A stretch of 63,625 nucleotides of DNA, filler included, from Aduncisulcus paluster (Eukaryota), in NCBI GenBank assembly GCA_024181965.1. It is 7 parts of 7 records of this genome, joined end to end, with 100 filler letters (N's around TTAATTAATTAA, not from the genome) between each part and the next. Parts side by side here need not be neighbours in the genome. Positions count along the whole stretch, not along the records: positions 1 to 7,475 come from BQXS01012610.1; positions 7,576 to 14,923 come from BQXS01012611.1; 5 more parts are not named here. One strand, 5' to 3'. This document shows, one piece after another, positions 1 to 10,801 of the stretch. The notes beneath the pieces were generated by a model. The model was not told the origin of the DNA and ran no database searches. It saw only the letters and a list, made by a program, of their open reading frames with translations. The position numbers were made by a program, and so were the translations under genes. Within the stretch, counting starts at the first letter, position 1. Each line of letters opens with the position of its first letter.

Positions 1-2
1 CT

Positions 3-1070
3 CATACTCCTCAGCATCAAGCAACCCCACCATGGCCAAATATATTCTCTGATCAGTCAAAACAACCACATCAACAGATACCATCTCTCTCTTCTTCATC
101 CTCCTCTTCTTCTTCATCCTCCTCTTCCTCCTCTTCCTCCTCCTCTTCCTCTGTGAGACCCACAGGCACCAGTAGCCATCAGAACAAGACTATATTCTCA
201 CCCGAACAAAGGGATGGCGGTCATGCGAAATCTGATCTATTTTCGTCTCCTCTGTTGCAAAAAGAGGAAGATTCAGTTGGGAAAGATCACGATTTCATTC
301 CTGGAAAACCCACTATCCAACCACCCAATGATTCCACAGACATCTCCACTACGAAGGTCTCAGCCCCCTCTAAGTTCTCTCCCTATATGCCTCGTTTTGA
401 ACTCCCTTCCTTCTCTTTTCCTTCCTCCCCTTCCCCCGTGATGGAGAGACCTCCTTCCTTCTCTTTTCCTCACAATCATTTAAATGTCTCAAGCACTGGT
501 CCAGCTACAAGTGGAGGTAGTGCGAGTGTGTCGTCAAGCAGTTCCTCTTCAGGCAGTGCCTATTCCACCTCTGCTCCATCATTCATTGCTACAGGGGATA
601 TATCTCATCCATCAATGCTTGCTAGAAGTGACCATTATCCCTCTGCTTATCACCACCAAGCACAACCAAGACAACCTTACTATTCGGGTACCTCTTCTCC
701 ATTGCTGAGATCTATGCCATCAATGCCTCCCCCTTCTTCTTCCTCTTTCATGCCTCGAGTTCCAGCGACTCACTCGACAGGAATAGCTTCTCCCCACCTT
801 CATCAAGGCTCTGGCAGTGTGTCTGCGGATGCTCTGTTGACGACTATGTCTAATATGAGTTTTTACAATTACTATAATGCTAGGGTGACGGATGGGATCA
901 TGCAGCTTTTACTTGAAGAGAGAAAAGATAGGAAAGAAAAGGAAGAGAAGGAGAAGAGTGGATCTATTTTTAGCACTGAAGACAAACGGAAGGATGATCA
1001 AGAAGAGAAGACAACCCCTTGCGTTACGCTTGAAATGTCCGAAGAGAAGCATTCAGAAGAAGAAAATTAA
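3..1070 (+). CDS. 5'-truncated Ser/Pro-rich low-complexity protein with charged C-terminal tail
   Basis: The frame of ORF 153..1070 is open from position 3 (HTPQHQATPPWPNIF...) to TAA at 1068-1070, followed by AT-rich DNA. No recognisable domain. Confidence 0.7.
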   Translation, partial: HTPQHQATPPWPNIFSDQSKQPHQQIPSLSSSSSSSSSSSSSSSSSSSSSVRPTGTSSHQNKTIFSPEQRDGGHAKSDLFSSPLLQKEEDSVGKDHDFIPGKPTIQPPNDSTDISTTKVSAPSKFSPYMPRFELPSFSFPSSPSPVMERPPSFSFPHNHLNVSSTGPATSGGSASVSSSSSSSGSAYSTSAPSFIATGDISHPSMLARSDHYPSAYHHQAQPRQPYYSGTSSPLLRSMPSMPPPSSSSFMPRVPATHSTGIASPHLHQGSGSVSADALLTTMSNMSFYNYYNARVTDGIMQLLLEERKDRKEKEEKEKSGSIFSTEDKRKDDQEEKTTPCVTLEMSEEKHSEEEN

Positions 1071-1517
1071 GATTAAATTTTATTATTACTGCTATTTCTC
1101 ATCTTTTATCTCAAAGAATATGAGAGAAAACGTCCGATATTTGTGCATCAACTTGTGTCAATTGAATTGATAGATCTAGTGTCAAAGAACATTTCTTATG
1201 CGATACTTAAGTAATTTGGATTATATATCAACATATCAATTAGATGGTTTTGTGATCATAAACACATTTGATAATTGAACAAACGTCCAATTCGTTGCGC
1301 CAACGTCGTGAATCTCTACTGGCTCGAATTACGGAAAGGAAAATAAATTATATGTGCTAAATAAATATGCATGGTTACTATGATCTGTGGTTCGAATCGG
1401 GTAATTTTTTAAATACGTCATTTCAAAATGTATTTCTGATTTTTTCTTTTTTGCCCGATTTCCTAAAAAAAAATCAATTATTTTTATATATTTTTGCTTA
1501 AAACATACTTATAACAA

Positions 1518-1775
1518 ATGCCATTCCATTCTGAAAGAGGAAAACGTACCACCAGGAAAAGAGGTGTGAGTTTTTCTAATCCAGAGTGTTTCAATCTTAA
1601 ATCAAATCAAAGTCAATATATTCTGTCACTACAGAAAGAAAAAGCCGACAAAAAGAGTAAGAAAAAAGCTTTAATTCTGTCTGTTATCATTTTTGTGTTT
1701 CTGGTGTTCTTTATTATATTTGCAACAATAATTATTCGTGACGGAATTGATTTTCAATTTTACGTAACAATTTAA
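1518..1775 (+). CDS. Small basic protein with a single C-terminal transmembrane helix (85 aa)
   Basis: ATG follows an AT-rich stretch. A Lys-rich segment precedes a hydrophobic run (ALILSVIIFVFLVFFIIFATIII). Short, no homolog recognised. Confidence 0.45.
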   Translation: MPFHSERGKRTTRKRGVSFSNPECFNLKSNQSQYILSLQKEKADKKSKKKALILSVIIFVFLVFFIIFATIIIRDGIDFQFYVTI

Positions 1776-2068
1776 GTCATCAATGTAGAGAAGAAGGTAA
1801 CAAACTTATTGTTTTGTTCTAATTTTTCGTTTCATTTTTCAATCGCTCATGAGCATGACCAAGAATCTATAACAATTTTATGTGATCAAAAAATCCTTCT
1901 AAAGGTGGTCGTTTTATTGCATTCTTTCATTTTTTTTTTTTTTTTTTTTTTTTTTCAGTGTAATCTGCCTGTAATTTTCTGATTAAGTTTTTTCCAGCAA
2001 CAGTCAAACAAAACAAAACAAAACATCAATAAATGTAAAACCCTCTCGCATAAGATCTATTTCTTGAT

Positions 2069-3738
2069 TTACTTTTCTTCCTTTTCCTTCCTCTCCTTCT
2101 TTTCTTTCTCAGCAATCTCCCAGACCTTTTCCCAGACCTTCATGTGCTCAGCCTTAGCCTCAGCCATGATCTTTTTCTCATCAAGAGTCACGAGTTCACG
2201 CTCTCTCATGAGGACTTTACCCCTTGAGATGGTTGAGCTGACATTTCTTGAGCCCATTCCGAACATGACATGCCATGGCAAGTTGCCACCGTGGAATGAA
2301 GTGGGAGTGTAGTAATCAAGCACAATGACATCTCCAACTGCTCCTGGCTCCAACACTCCAATCTTATACCCGAAGTGACGAGAGGCGATCTTTGAGTTGT
2401 TCTTGAACAAGAGGTTGAATGCCTCCATGGATCCTGCACTGGGATGGCCCTTGGCANNNNNNNNNNNNNNNNNNNNCCCCTTGAGATGGTTGAGCTGACA
2501 TTTCTTGAGCCCATTCCGAACATGACATGCCATGGCAAGTTGCCACCGTGGAATGAAGTGGGAGTGTAGTAATCAAGCACAATGACATCTCCAACTGCTC
2601 CTGGCTCCAACACTCCAATCTTATACCCGAAGTGACGAGAGGCGATCTTTGAGTTGTTCTTGAACAAGAGGTTGAATGCCTCCATGGATCCTGCACTGGG
2701 ATGGCCCTTGGCAAGTTTTTGGAGCATGTAAGCGAAGTAGTATTCCTTAATCATGTCAAGGCCAATTCCATCAGTTCCGAGACCTGCTAACACACCAGCA
2801 TCGAGAGTCTTGGGAACATCAAGGGCACCAACACCATTGTTCATGTTACTTGAAGGGTTGTGCACGATAACAGCGTCAGCTTTCTTCACAAGATCACGTT
2901 CTTTGTCATCGATGGCAACACAATGACAACAGATGGAATGGGGATTGAGCATCCCAGCAGCATCAAGACGCTCAATGGAACGTTTTCCAAACTTCTTCAT
3001 GGAAACAATCTCATCGTCAGGACCTTCTCCAACATGAACGTGGAAACCAATGTCCTTGAGACCACTCTCGGTGACCTTCTCACGAATGGTTTTGAGACCA
3101 TCGTCAGAAAGGGTAAGACAAGAATGAAGACCAACTGTAGCAGCGAATTGGGGCATTTTCTCATCTTTCATCTCTTCTTTGAGTTTGAGGGCATATCTGA
3201 TATTCTCATCAATCTCCCGGATGAATTCCTCTTCACCGTTTCTCTCAGATATCTCATAACATAAGGAAGCACGAACTCCAGCGTCTTTACAGGCCTTCTC
3301 AATGGTATCGAGAGACCCAGGAGTGCAGTATGGGGAGGCATGATGGTCGAAGATGGTGGTAGTTCCAGAACGGATAGCATCAACGAGACAAATCAAAGTG
3401 GAGTGACGATTAGTACTCTCGTCGAGGCCACGATCTAACCTCCACCATAAACGTTCGAGAACTTCAAGGAAGTTACTTGGAGGATCATCTTTCATATCCA
3501 TACCACGAGAATACACACCATAGAAATGACCATGGGCACAAATGAAGGCGGGAGCAATCATACCACCTTTAGCATCAAGTACTTCATCGGCTTCTTTCTC
3601 ATATTTGGCACACATCTCCTCAGAAGGACCAAGTTCAACAATAGCACCACTCTCTCCAATAAAAACAGCACCGTTGTCAAAATCTTCATCTTTATCATTT
3701 AACGTGAACACATGACCATTTTTAACCAGCAAAGTCAT
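2069..3738 (-). CDS. ssnA: SsnA-like metal-dependent amidohydrolase (~470 aa after removing a 257-nt gap/overlap artefact)
   Basis: ATG at 3738 (MTLLVKNG). Motifs CAHGHFY, LWWRLDRGLD, GTTTIFDHHASP, HVHVGE, VHNPSSNMNNGVG, LGTDGIG and HVMFGMGS closely parallel E. coli SsnA as recalled. Segment 2220-2456 is repeated at 2477-2713 across the 20-N gap; removing the 257-nt offset gives one frame ending at TAA 2069-2071. Confidence 0.88.
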
Positions 3739-4039
3739 TTTGAGGGACGAATCGGGGATCAAAACAAGATAGCAGCTTGAATACAAACATGGATCATAAA
3801 ATACTAAATTTAACAATTTAACATTACTATTTATCTTAATTCTATACCTTTATCTTTTATTTATTACCCTTCATTCAAACGATAGGACATAATTTGAAAT
3901 TCCTTCTTATAATCAACAATTCTAATTTTTTCTCCCTTTTATTTTAAATGACTAATCTTATGGACAACACATTTTCTGAAAATAAATCCCTTCATCTTAC
4001 AATATAACCCATCCCAAGTTTGATCACAGATCCTCCGAG

Positions 4040-7000
4040 ATGGATCATCAACCAACAGTATGTATATTAAATCTCCATTTTTCTTTTCCATTTAATTTTA
4101 TTTTTTACCTAAAAATTAACTTTATCTCTAGCCTCCAATGAGAAAGAATTCAAGTGCCATATCTTATGGTTTGAATTTATCTAAGCCTAGGAGACCGCTC
4201 TTAGCTTCTGCATTGGGCTCGAGAATGCATTCTGAAGAAAGTAGAATGTCTTCAATGGATATTCCCTCTTCTCATAAAGATATCGACGATCTTCATGATT
4301 ATTCTACCACTATTTCTGATAAACCAAGTGATATTTCCGCTACTCCAAAGCTGACTGATGGGGATATTGCTTCAGAAGGTTCTAAATATGTCGTTCCCTC
4401 CACCCCAACACAAATTCAATTATCCGCATCCAAACCTGCTGTCCATACTCTTACTGCTCCTGGTTTTAGTTCTGTAAGTTCCACGCCCACAATCCAAGCT
4501 CATCCAAGAACCCCTACAAATACAATAAGAAACAATACCGATGACACTGATGATACAACCAAAGATGATACAGAAACTCATGATCAAGAGGATAGTGAAG
4601 AACAAGAGAGGGTTGTGATATCAATCAGAAGAACTTCCATCATTTCTCCAATGATGCTCCTGAGCAAGAAACAGCGCCAACAAGAGAAGCTGCGGAAAGA
4701 GCGAGAGGAAGAAGAAGAGAGGAAAAGGAAAGAAAGAGAAGAAGAGGAGGAAAGAAGGAGAAAAGAAGAAGAAGAGAGAAGGCGAGTTGAAGAGGAAGAG
4801 AGGAGACGGAGGGAGGAAGAGGAAGCAAGAAGAAGGCAAAAAGAAGAAGAGGAGAGGAAAAAGATAGAGGAATTGGCAAGAAAGCAACGTGAAGCCGAAG
4901 AGAGAAAGCTGAAAGAGGAGGAAATGCGTCGTAAGAAAGCTGAGGAAGAGCTTAGACGTCATGAAGAAGAAGAACGCCGGAAATATGAAGAAGAACGCCG
5001 GAAATACGAAGAAGAACAAGAAAGAAAAGAACTGGAACGTTTGGAGCTGGAAAGAAAGAGACGAGAAGAATGTGAGCAACTTGAGCATGACCTGGCCGAG
5101 ATTGAGTTCATCCAGGAGCAGAAAAGACTCGGTCTGTATAAAGAACCACCTAAAGATGATGAAAACCCTGTAAGAAACAATACCGATGACACTGATGATA
5201 CAACCAAAGATGATACAGAAACTCATGATCAAGAGGATAGTGAAGAACAAGAGAGGGTTGTGATATCAATCAGAAGAACTTCCATCATTTCTCCAATGAT
5301 GCTCCTGAGCAAGAAACAGCGCCAACAAGAGAAGCTGCGGAAAGAGCGAGAGGAAGAAGAAGAGAGGAAAAGGAAAGAAAGAGAAGAAGAGGAGGAAAGA
5401 AGGAGAAAAGAAGAAGAAGAGAGAAGGCGAGTTGAAGAGGAAGAGAGGAGACGGAGGGAGGAAGAGGAAGCAAGAAGAAGGCAAAAAGAAGAAGAGGAGA
5501 GGAAAAAGATAGAGGAATTGGCAAGAAAGCAACGTGAAGCCGAAGAGAGAAAGCTGAAAGAGGAGGAAATGCGTCGTAAGAAAGCTGCGGAAAGAGCGAG
5601 AGGAAGAAGAAGAGAGGAAAAGGAAAGAAAGAGAAGAAGAGGAGGAAAGAAGGAGAAAAGAAGAAGAAGAGAGAAGGCGAGTTGAAGAGGAAGAGAGGAG
5701 ACGGAGGGAGGAAGAGGAAGCAAGAAGAAGGCAAAAAGAAGAAGAGGAGAGGAAAAAGATAGAGGAATTGGCAAGAAAGCAACGTGAAGCCGAAGAGAGA
5801 AAGCTGAAAGAGGAGGAAATGCGTCGTAAGAAAGCTGAGGAAGAGCTTAGACGTCATGAAGAAGAAGAACGCCGGAAATATGAAGAAGAACGCCGGAAAT
5901 ACGAAGAAGAACAAGAAAGAAAAGAACTGGAACGTTTGGAGCTGGAAAGAAAGAGACGAGAAGAATGTGAGCAACTTGAGCATGACCTGGCCGAGATTGA
6001 GTTCATCCAGGAGCAGAAAAGACTCGGTCTGTATAAAGAACCACCTAAAGATGATGAAAACCCTGACACCGACAATGACGCCAACACATCCTCTCTCTTG
6101 GGACCTGATGGTCAATCGATCGTGCATAGATCATCTGTTGCTTCCTTGGAGCGTAGTTTAACAAGACGTGACAGTTCTCTGAATTTAAATCCATTTTCCA
6201 TCCCCAATACCGTTTCTCTTCTCCTTCCATTGCCCTCTGAAGTACAACAGACTGTGCTTAAGATTATTCATGCCCTGTGCAGTGAGAGTACAACAGCTGC
6301 TCAGATTATAAGTATCATGGATATTCTAAGTTTAGATCGTGAGAAACTCTCTCCCAAAGAAATTGAACAGATCCAGCGTGAGGAGAGACACCGAGTTTTG
6401 AGACAAAGACAGGAACAGGAGCGTATAGAGCGTCAAAAACAGAGAGCAGCCGCTGAAAGGGAAGTATCCGCCATGTTCAAACCTATTGAAGCTGCCTCCA
6501 ATACTACCGGTGCATCTACCGGTGCATCTACCGGTGCATCTACCGGTTCACTTGAAGGACCAGCTACCTCCGCAGGACACTCTCCTTCTTTCCCATCTGT
6601 TGATCATGATGCCAGTAATGTTCGTACACATTCTCCTTTGGCTCAATATCGTTCCGATGACACTGTAATCAAACAAACAACAGAGCGGGAGACTACTGGT
6701 CGTTTTGTTGAACAACGTGTCCACGACAATGGTTATGCTTCTGTACCTACAGTTAAAGCCCCTGATCTTCGCCACAATCAACCCTCGACTAACTACATGA
6801 CCTCTTCACCCTCGCCTTCCCAACAATCCTCCCAGTTCTCCTCTCAAGGCTCTAAACCATTTCAATCCATAGATATTGCTTCTTCCACCGGTGATCATCA
6901 AACTGATGGTCCCTCCTCCTCTTCAAGAGGCCAGCTTGTGAGGAAAGATTCGTTTGTCCTGGATAGTCCCCGTTTGAGTCCCTTTAGTCGTCCTTCCCTT

Positions 7001-7475
7001 TTGAAAGAGAGAGATCAGATGGAGAAAGGAGAAGGAAGGGAAGATATGTCCGTGTCTGCTTCAACTTCTTCCGTAGGCCTGATGAGGGAAGCCAGTCAAG
7101 CAGATGTGACTCTGTTGTCGTCATCGTTCAGAAATATTAGAGGGAGATTCAGACATTCGAGGGAGATGATCAAATCCAAGCATTCTCCAGGGTTTAAACA
7201 AAAGCAGAAGGATCCAAAGACCACACTTCGTGAAGAGCTGTATAGGAAGGAAGAGGAGAGGAGGAAAGAAGCAGAGAAAAAGATGGATGAAGAGCTCAAG
7301 AAACGCCAAGAACGTGCCTTTGCAATCGAAAGAGCAGAGAGAGAAAGAGAACAAGAAGAGATCCGTCAAGAACGAATGAAACTACGCATGAAGCTTGAAG
7401 AAGAAAAGAGGCAACACGAAGATAAACTTGCTATTGATCAACGCGTTCAATTAGGTCAATTAGCCACTCAACAAT
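4040..7475 (+). CDS. Large Glu/Arg/Lys-rich coiled-coil protein, spliced, 3'-truncated, with internally duplicated (probably mis-assembled) segments
   Basis: Exon 1 4040-4057 (MDHQPT) splices in frame to exon 2 at 4132 (PPMRKNSS...). ORFs 4138..5685 and 5768..7531 are parts of one gene separated by nucleotide-identical duplicated blocks. The frame runs into the linker at 7476. Confidence 0.7.
4058..4131 (+). other. Spliceosomal intron, 74 nt, phase 0
   Basis: GTATGT donor, AT-rich body, TTAAC branch-like motif and TCTAG acceptor. Removal joins ATG 4040 in frame to the long ORF. Confidence 0.8.
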
Positions 7476-7575
7476 NNNNNNNNNNNNNNNNNNNNNNNNN
7501 NNNNNNNNNNNNNNNNNNNTTAATTAATTAANNNNNNNNNNNNNNNNNNNNNNNNNNNNNNNNNNNNNNNNNNNN
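7476..7575. other. Artificial contig linker
   Basis: N44-TTAATTAATTAA-N44 with six-frame stops; the sequences on either side are unrelated. Confidence 0.97.
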
Positions 7576-8904
7576 GTCGGAGATTGTGAGACTGTTGATG
7601 GTGTGGTTGAACAACCTCTTGCAAGCTCACTCTCCACTTTGGTTCTCTCAAACAATAACATTATGGATCCTTCCATCATTGCTCAACAACCATCGTTCAG
7701 TTCCTTGACAACACTCGACCTCTCTCAAAACAGTATCTCAGATGTTACCCTCGTGGAAGATGTCATTGACTCCATTGGTTCATTGGATACATTGGATGTG
7801 TCTGAGAACAACATTGCATCTTGTAGTGACAGTGTTGTTGATAGTAGTAGTAATCCTTGTTCCACCATTTCCACCGAATCGAGTGTGCTTATATATTCCA
7901 ATCAGACAGCTGATGCCATTTGTGGAGATACAACGACTTCGTGTGATTATGTCAACAATTTCGTGTGTGGTGTCAATAGCTCTGGTGAATCTGCATGTGT
8001 GTGTGCGACAGGATTCTACCTTGGCACAGCCACTAGCACCTGTGTTGCTGCCGATGATGGAGTCTGTGACACTTGTGGTGGAGAAAGAGGTGAATGTGTT
8101 TACTCGAGTGATCTTTCAACAACTGTGTGTGAATGTTTCGATGGATGGTTTGGGGATGAATGTTCAAGTCAATGTCCGACCGATTCTAACGGTAATGTTT
8201 GTAGCAGCAATGGAACTTGTAACTATGCCTTTAGTATGTGTTCTTGTTCCAATGACACATTCTTTGGGTCTGCATGTCAACTGAAATGTGTTGCTGAGGT
8301 CGATTGTTCTGGAAATGGAACGTGTAAATTCACAACAGAAAATGGTTTAGAATTAGTGACATGTCAGTGCAATGATGGGTTTGGGGGAGATTCATGTGAA
8401 AATGTTATCTCATCCTCAATGGAGACTTGGGTTCTCGTTTTGATCATTTGTGGTAGTGTTGCAGTTGTTTGTGTTGTAGTTGTGATAATTGTGAAGTGTT
8501 CATGTTCTTCTAAATCTTCAAAGAAAAAGAGTGCTCATAAGAGAAAGAATGTGTCTGGTCAAAATAGCCGTGATCTCCCTGAGATGCAAATGGTTAGTAA
8601 TCCCATGTTTAGGAAATCAACTATTCCTCCCCATCAACAAGTTCCTCAACCCCTTCCAGTCATTGAAACTCAACAACAACCAATTCATCCCCAACCTGTC
8701 GATATTCCCATTATTCCCACAGGCTCTGGTACATTGTCTGGGGATAGGATTGTTTCAGACCCATCAATGCCACCAACCCCAATGCCAACAGGACTCGTTG
8801 GATCTACTCCCATTCCTGGAGATCATGATACGACACATGTCCAAGAGTATGATCATATGGAGCCTATCATGAGTGGTGAGATTGAGACCATTGAACAAGT
8901 TTAG
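7576..8904 (+). CDS. 5'-truncated type I membrane protein: leucine-rich repeats + EGF-like Cys-rich repeats + TM + Pro-rich tail
   Basis: LRR motifs LSTLVLSNNNI, LTTLDLSQNSI and LDTLDVSENNI. EGF-like motifs CECFDGWFGDEC, CSSNGTC and CQCNDGFGGDSC. TM WVLVLIICGSVAVVCVVVVIIV. The frame is open from the contig start. Confidence 0.85.
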   Translation, partial: VGDCETVDGVVEQPLASSLSTLVLSNNNIMDPSIIAQQPSFSSLTTLDLSQNSISDVTLVEDVIDSIGSLDTLDVSENNIASCSDSVVDSSSNPCSTISTESSVLIYSNQTADAICGDTTTSCDYVNNFVCGVNSSGESACVCATGFYLGTATSTCVAADDGVCDTCGGERGECVYSSDLSTTVCECFDGWFGDECSSQCPTDSNGNVCSSNGTCNYAFSMCSCSNDTFFGSACQLKCVAEVDCSGNGTCKFTTENGLELVTCQCNDGFGGDSCENVISSSMETWVLVLIICGSVAVVCVVVVIIVKCSCSSKSSKKKSAHKRKNVSGQNSRDLPEMQMVSNPMFRKSTIPPHQQVPQPLPVIETQQQPIHPQPVDIPIIPTGSGTLSGDRIVSDPSMPPTPMPTGLVGSTPIPGDHDTTHVQEYDHMEPIMSGEIETIEQV

Positions 8905-9436
8905 GCTCAAACTCTATCACTACTTATCCATGTTTCAACAGTGTTTATTCGACTCTCTCAGAATTAGAAACGTTTATGTTTAAAAATTTGTATATACTAC
9001 AGTGACTATTAGATTGTCACTTAATTTTAAAAATATCCGCTTCAATAGATTCACATGAGTGGATTTTTCAATTTAATATTTCTTATCATTTATTTATTTA
9101 TGTTATTAATCAATCATTATCACTGAAAATTTCAAAATAATATTTCAGAAAATTTCAACTGTTTTTGTCTATCAATTTATGCATTAATTTTATGGTATCA
9201 AACTTTGATAATAATCATGTTTTGTATTTTTGGAAAGGAGAGAAATTTCTAACTCTAACTATCATAGTTACTATGGTTAAACTTTGTTATACCATTGTCT
9301 CACTGCAAAAAAAGACGAATTTGCAATCGGTTTTTGTGGTGAATAATAAAAATAATTTTTGAAACATGTTACTTAGAAGTACAGTATATTATAATAATAT
9401 TATTATTCGTTGAATGGTAACAAAACTCTTAACGGT

Positions 9437-10369
9437 TCAAAATCCAAGAATTTCAGAGAGTAAATTTTCATAAAACCCTTTGGTATCCGATTGAACCCAT
9501 TTCGAAAGAGATGTTTTATATTTTCGTTCAAATTCAACTTTAACTGGATCTGGTTTATCTCGTATCATGGCAACGACATAACTCAACAGTAAATTCTTTG
9601 TTCCCACCCCCTTAACTGCCCCATGAATAGCTCTAGCAAGAGAACGAGGAGGGGAAATAGCATATTCAGCAAGCAAAACAAAAAAGGTCTGACTATTTCC
9701 GCTAAAAGCATCTTTAATATAATGGACGATTGGTTCTCCAGGCTTTTCATCGGTTTCATAATGTTTATCAGTCTTTGCAAGAGAGGCAGATACAGCACAT
9801 ATATGGGCATAACTCTCATGAATTAAAATATTTGATAGTAAACTCTGATTTTCTTTATGACTATTTCGCTTTATACAAGCTACATCTTGAAGGACCCTAG
9901 ATGTACCATGTGGAGTTTCAAATCTGCGATCATGAATAACAGATAATAAGTGAACCTTAAATACTCCATCACGAACTTGTGATTGTAGAGCTTCCTCCAA
10001 TGTCAAACCCTCAGGATGATATTTATAAAATGAATCAATGTATTCTTCAACAATCGGCCATTCTTGTAGGACGATAGCCGCAGTGAGAAAATACGTTTGT
10101 TGGGGATTCAATAATTTTAATGATTCAATGACGAATTCAGAAAACACTTGACAAGAGGGCTTCGAAAGGAATTCAATCAGTCGAAGGAAAGGACTAGATG
10201 CAATAGCTCGTAATTTAACATAAACATCAGCTGCATAAATAATATTATATTCCAAAAACACTTTGTTGAGAAAAGGACGATTATATGAAGAAAGGAGCCT
10301 AATCAACCTCATAGCATCATTATTTACAATACATGCATTCAATTCTTTGGCTAAATGACGGATTAGCAT
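9437..10369 (-). CDS. Annexin (divergent, possibly alpha-giardin-like), ~310 aa
   Basis: Length fits four annexin repeats. The last repeat is canonical: ARAIHGAVKGVGT...EFERKYKTSLSKWVQSDTKGFYENLLSEIL. Confidence 0.85.
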   Translation of the reverse strand: MLIRHLAKELNACIVNNDAMRLIRLLSSYNRPFLNKVFLEYNIIYAADVYVKLRAIASSPFLRLIEFLSKPSCQVFSEFVIESLKLLNPQQTYFLTAAIVLQEWPIVEEYIDSFYKYHPEGLTLEEALQSQVRDGVFKVHLLSVIHDRRFETPHGTSRVLQDVACIKRNSHKENQSLLSNILIHESYAHICAVSASLAKTDKHYETDEKPGEPIVHYIKDAFSGNSQTFFVLLAEYAISPPRSLARAIHGAVKGVGTKNLLLSYVVAMIRDKPDPVKVEFERKYKTSLSKWVQSDTKGFYENLLSEILGF

Positions 10370-10591
10370 TTCGTAGAGTGTCCAAAACCGGATGATTTCA
10401 TCGGGATGAAGATCATTCGGAATGATCCATTCGATAAAAGATAATAATAAGAAAATAAAATGGAATACATTCGATATTTATCATGATATTAAGCGAACAA
10501 TTGGAGTTAAAACGATTTTGTTTTGCTCCCTCTCCAAAAAAAGCCATTTTTCGTTCGAATAATATATTCGAAATTCAAAATAATATTAAAT

Positions 10592-10780
10592 ATGAGTGAT
10601 ATTGAATATTATCTTGCAGATTCAAAGAGTGGAATAAGTGATCTCCTTGCAGAAGCTGATTCACACCCAAAAGATGATATCATTGAGGTATCCAAGTCAA
10701 AATTGATTTCTCTCATACACCAATTCACTTCTCTTACAGAACAATTATCATTGTTGTACATTTTACAATTCTATTTTTAG
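10592..10780 (+). CDS. Small hypothetical helical protein (62 aa); the 3' end may be spliced
   Basis: ATG at 10592 (MSDIEYYLADSKSG...) follows an AT-rich spacer divergent from the annexin. Composition is coding-like, but the ORF is short. Confidence 0.35.
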   Translation: MSDIEYYLADSKSGISDLLAEADSHPKDDIIEVSKSKLISLIHQFTSLTEQLSLLYILQFYF

Positions 10781-10801
10781 AATGAGAAACAACGGAAGAT
10801 C

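Noticed and set aside
1566..1584. Possible 19-nt micro-intron GTGAGTTTTTCTAATCCAG in the small TM ORF
   Set aside because: The unspliced ORF is intact. Removing the segment shifts frame and loses the TM helix, and it is far shorter than the supported introns.
1930..1955. Poly(A) on the minus strand about 115 nt after the ssnA stop, suggesting a retrocopy
   Set aside because: Similar long homopolymers occur elsewhere (about 44926 and 46226), and no target-site duplication is evident.
2220..2713. Apparent tandem duplication and frameshift in the 3' part of ssnA
   Set aside because: It is an identical overlap on both sides of a 20-N scaffold gap, i.e. an assembly artefact. The same applies to 57970-58295.
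4420..6127. Many Phe/Leu/Ser-rich minus-strand ORFs (also throughout 21500-27500)
   Set aside because: They are antisense shadows of purine-rich E/K/R coding sequence, not membrane proteins.
7520..7531. Recurrent palindrome TTAATTAATTAA (six copies)
   Set aside because: Always centred in 44+44 Ns; it is an artificial six-frame-stop spacer. No synteny can be inferred across these points.
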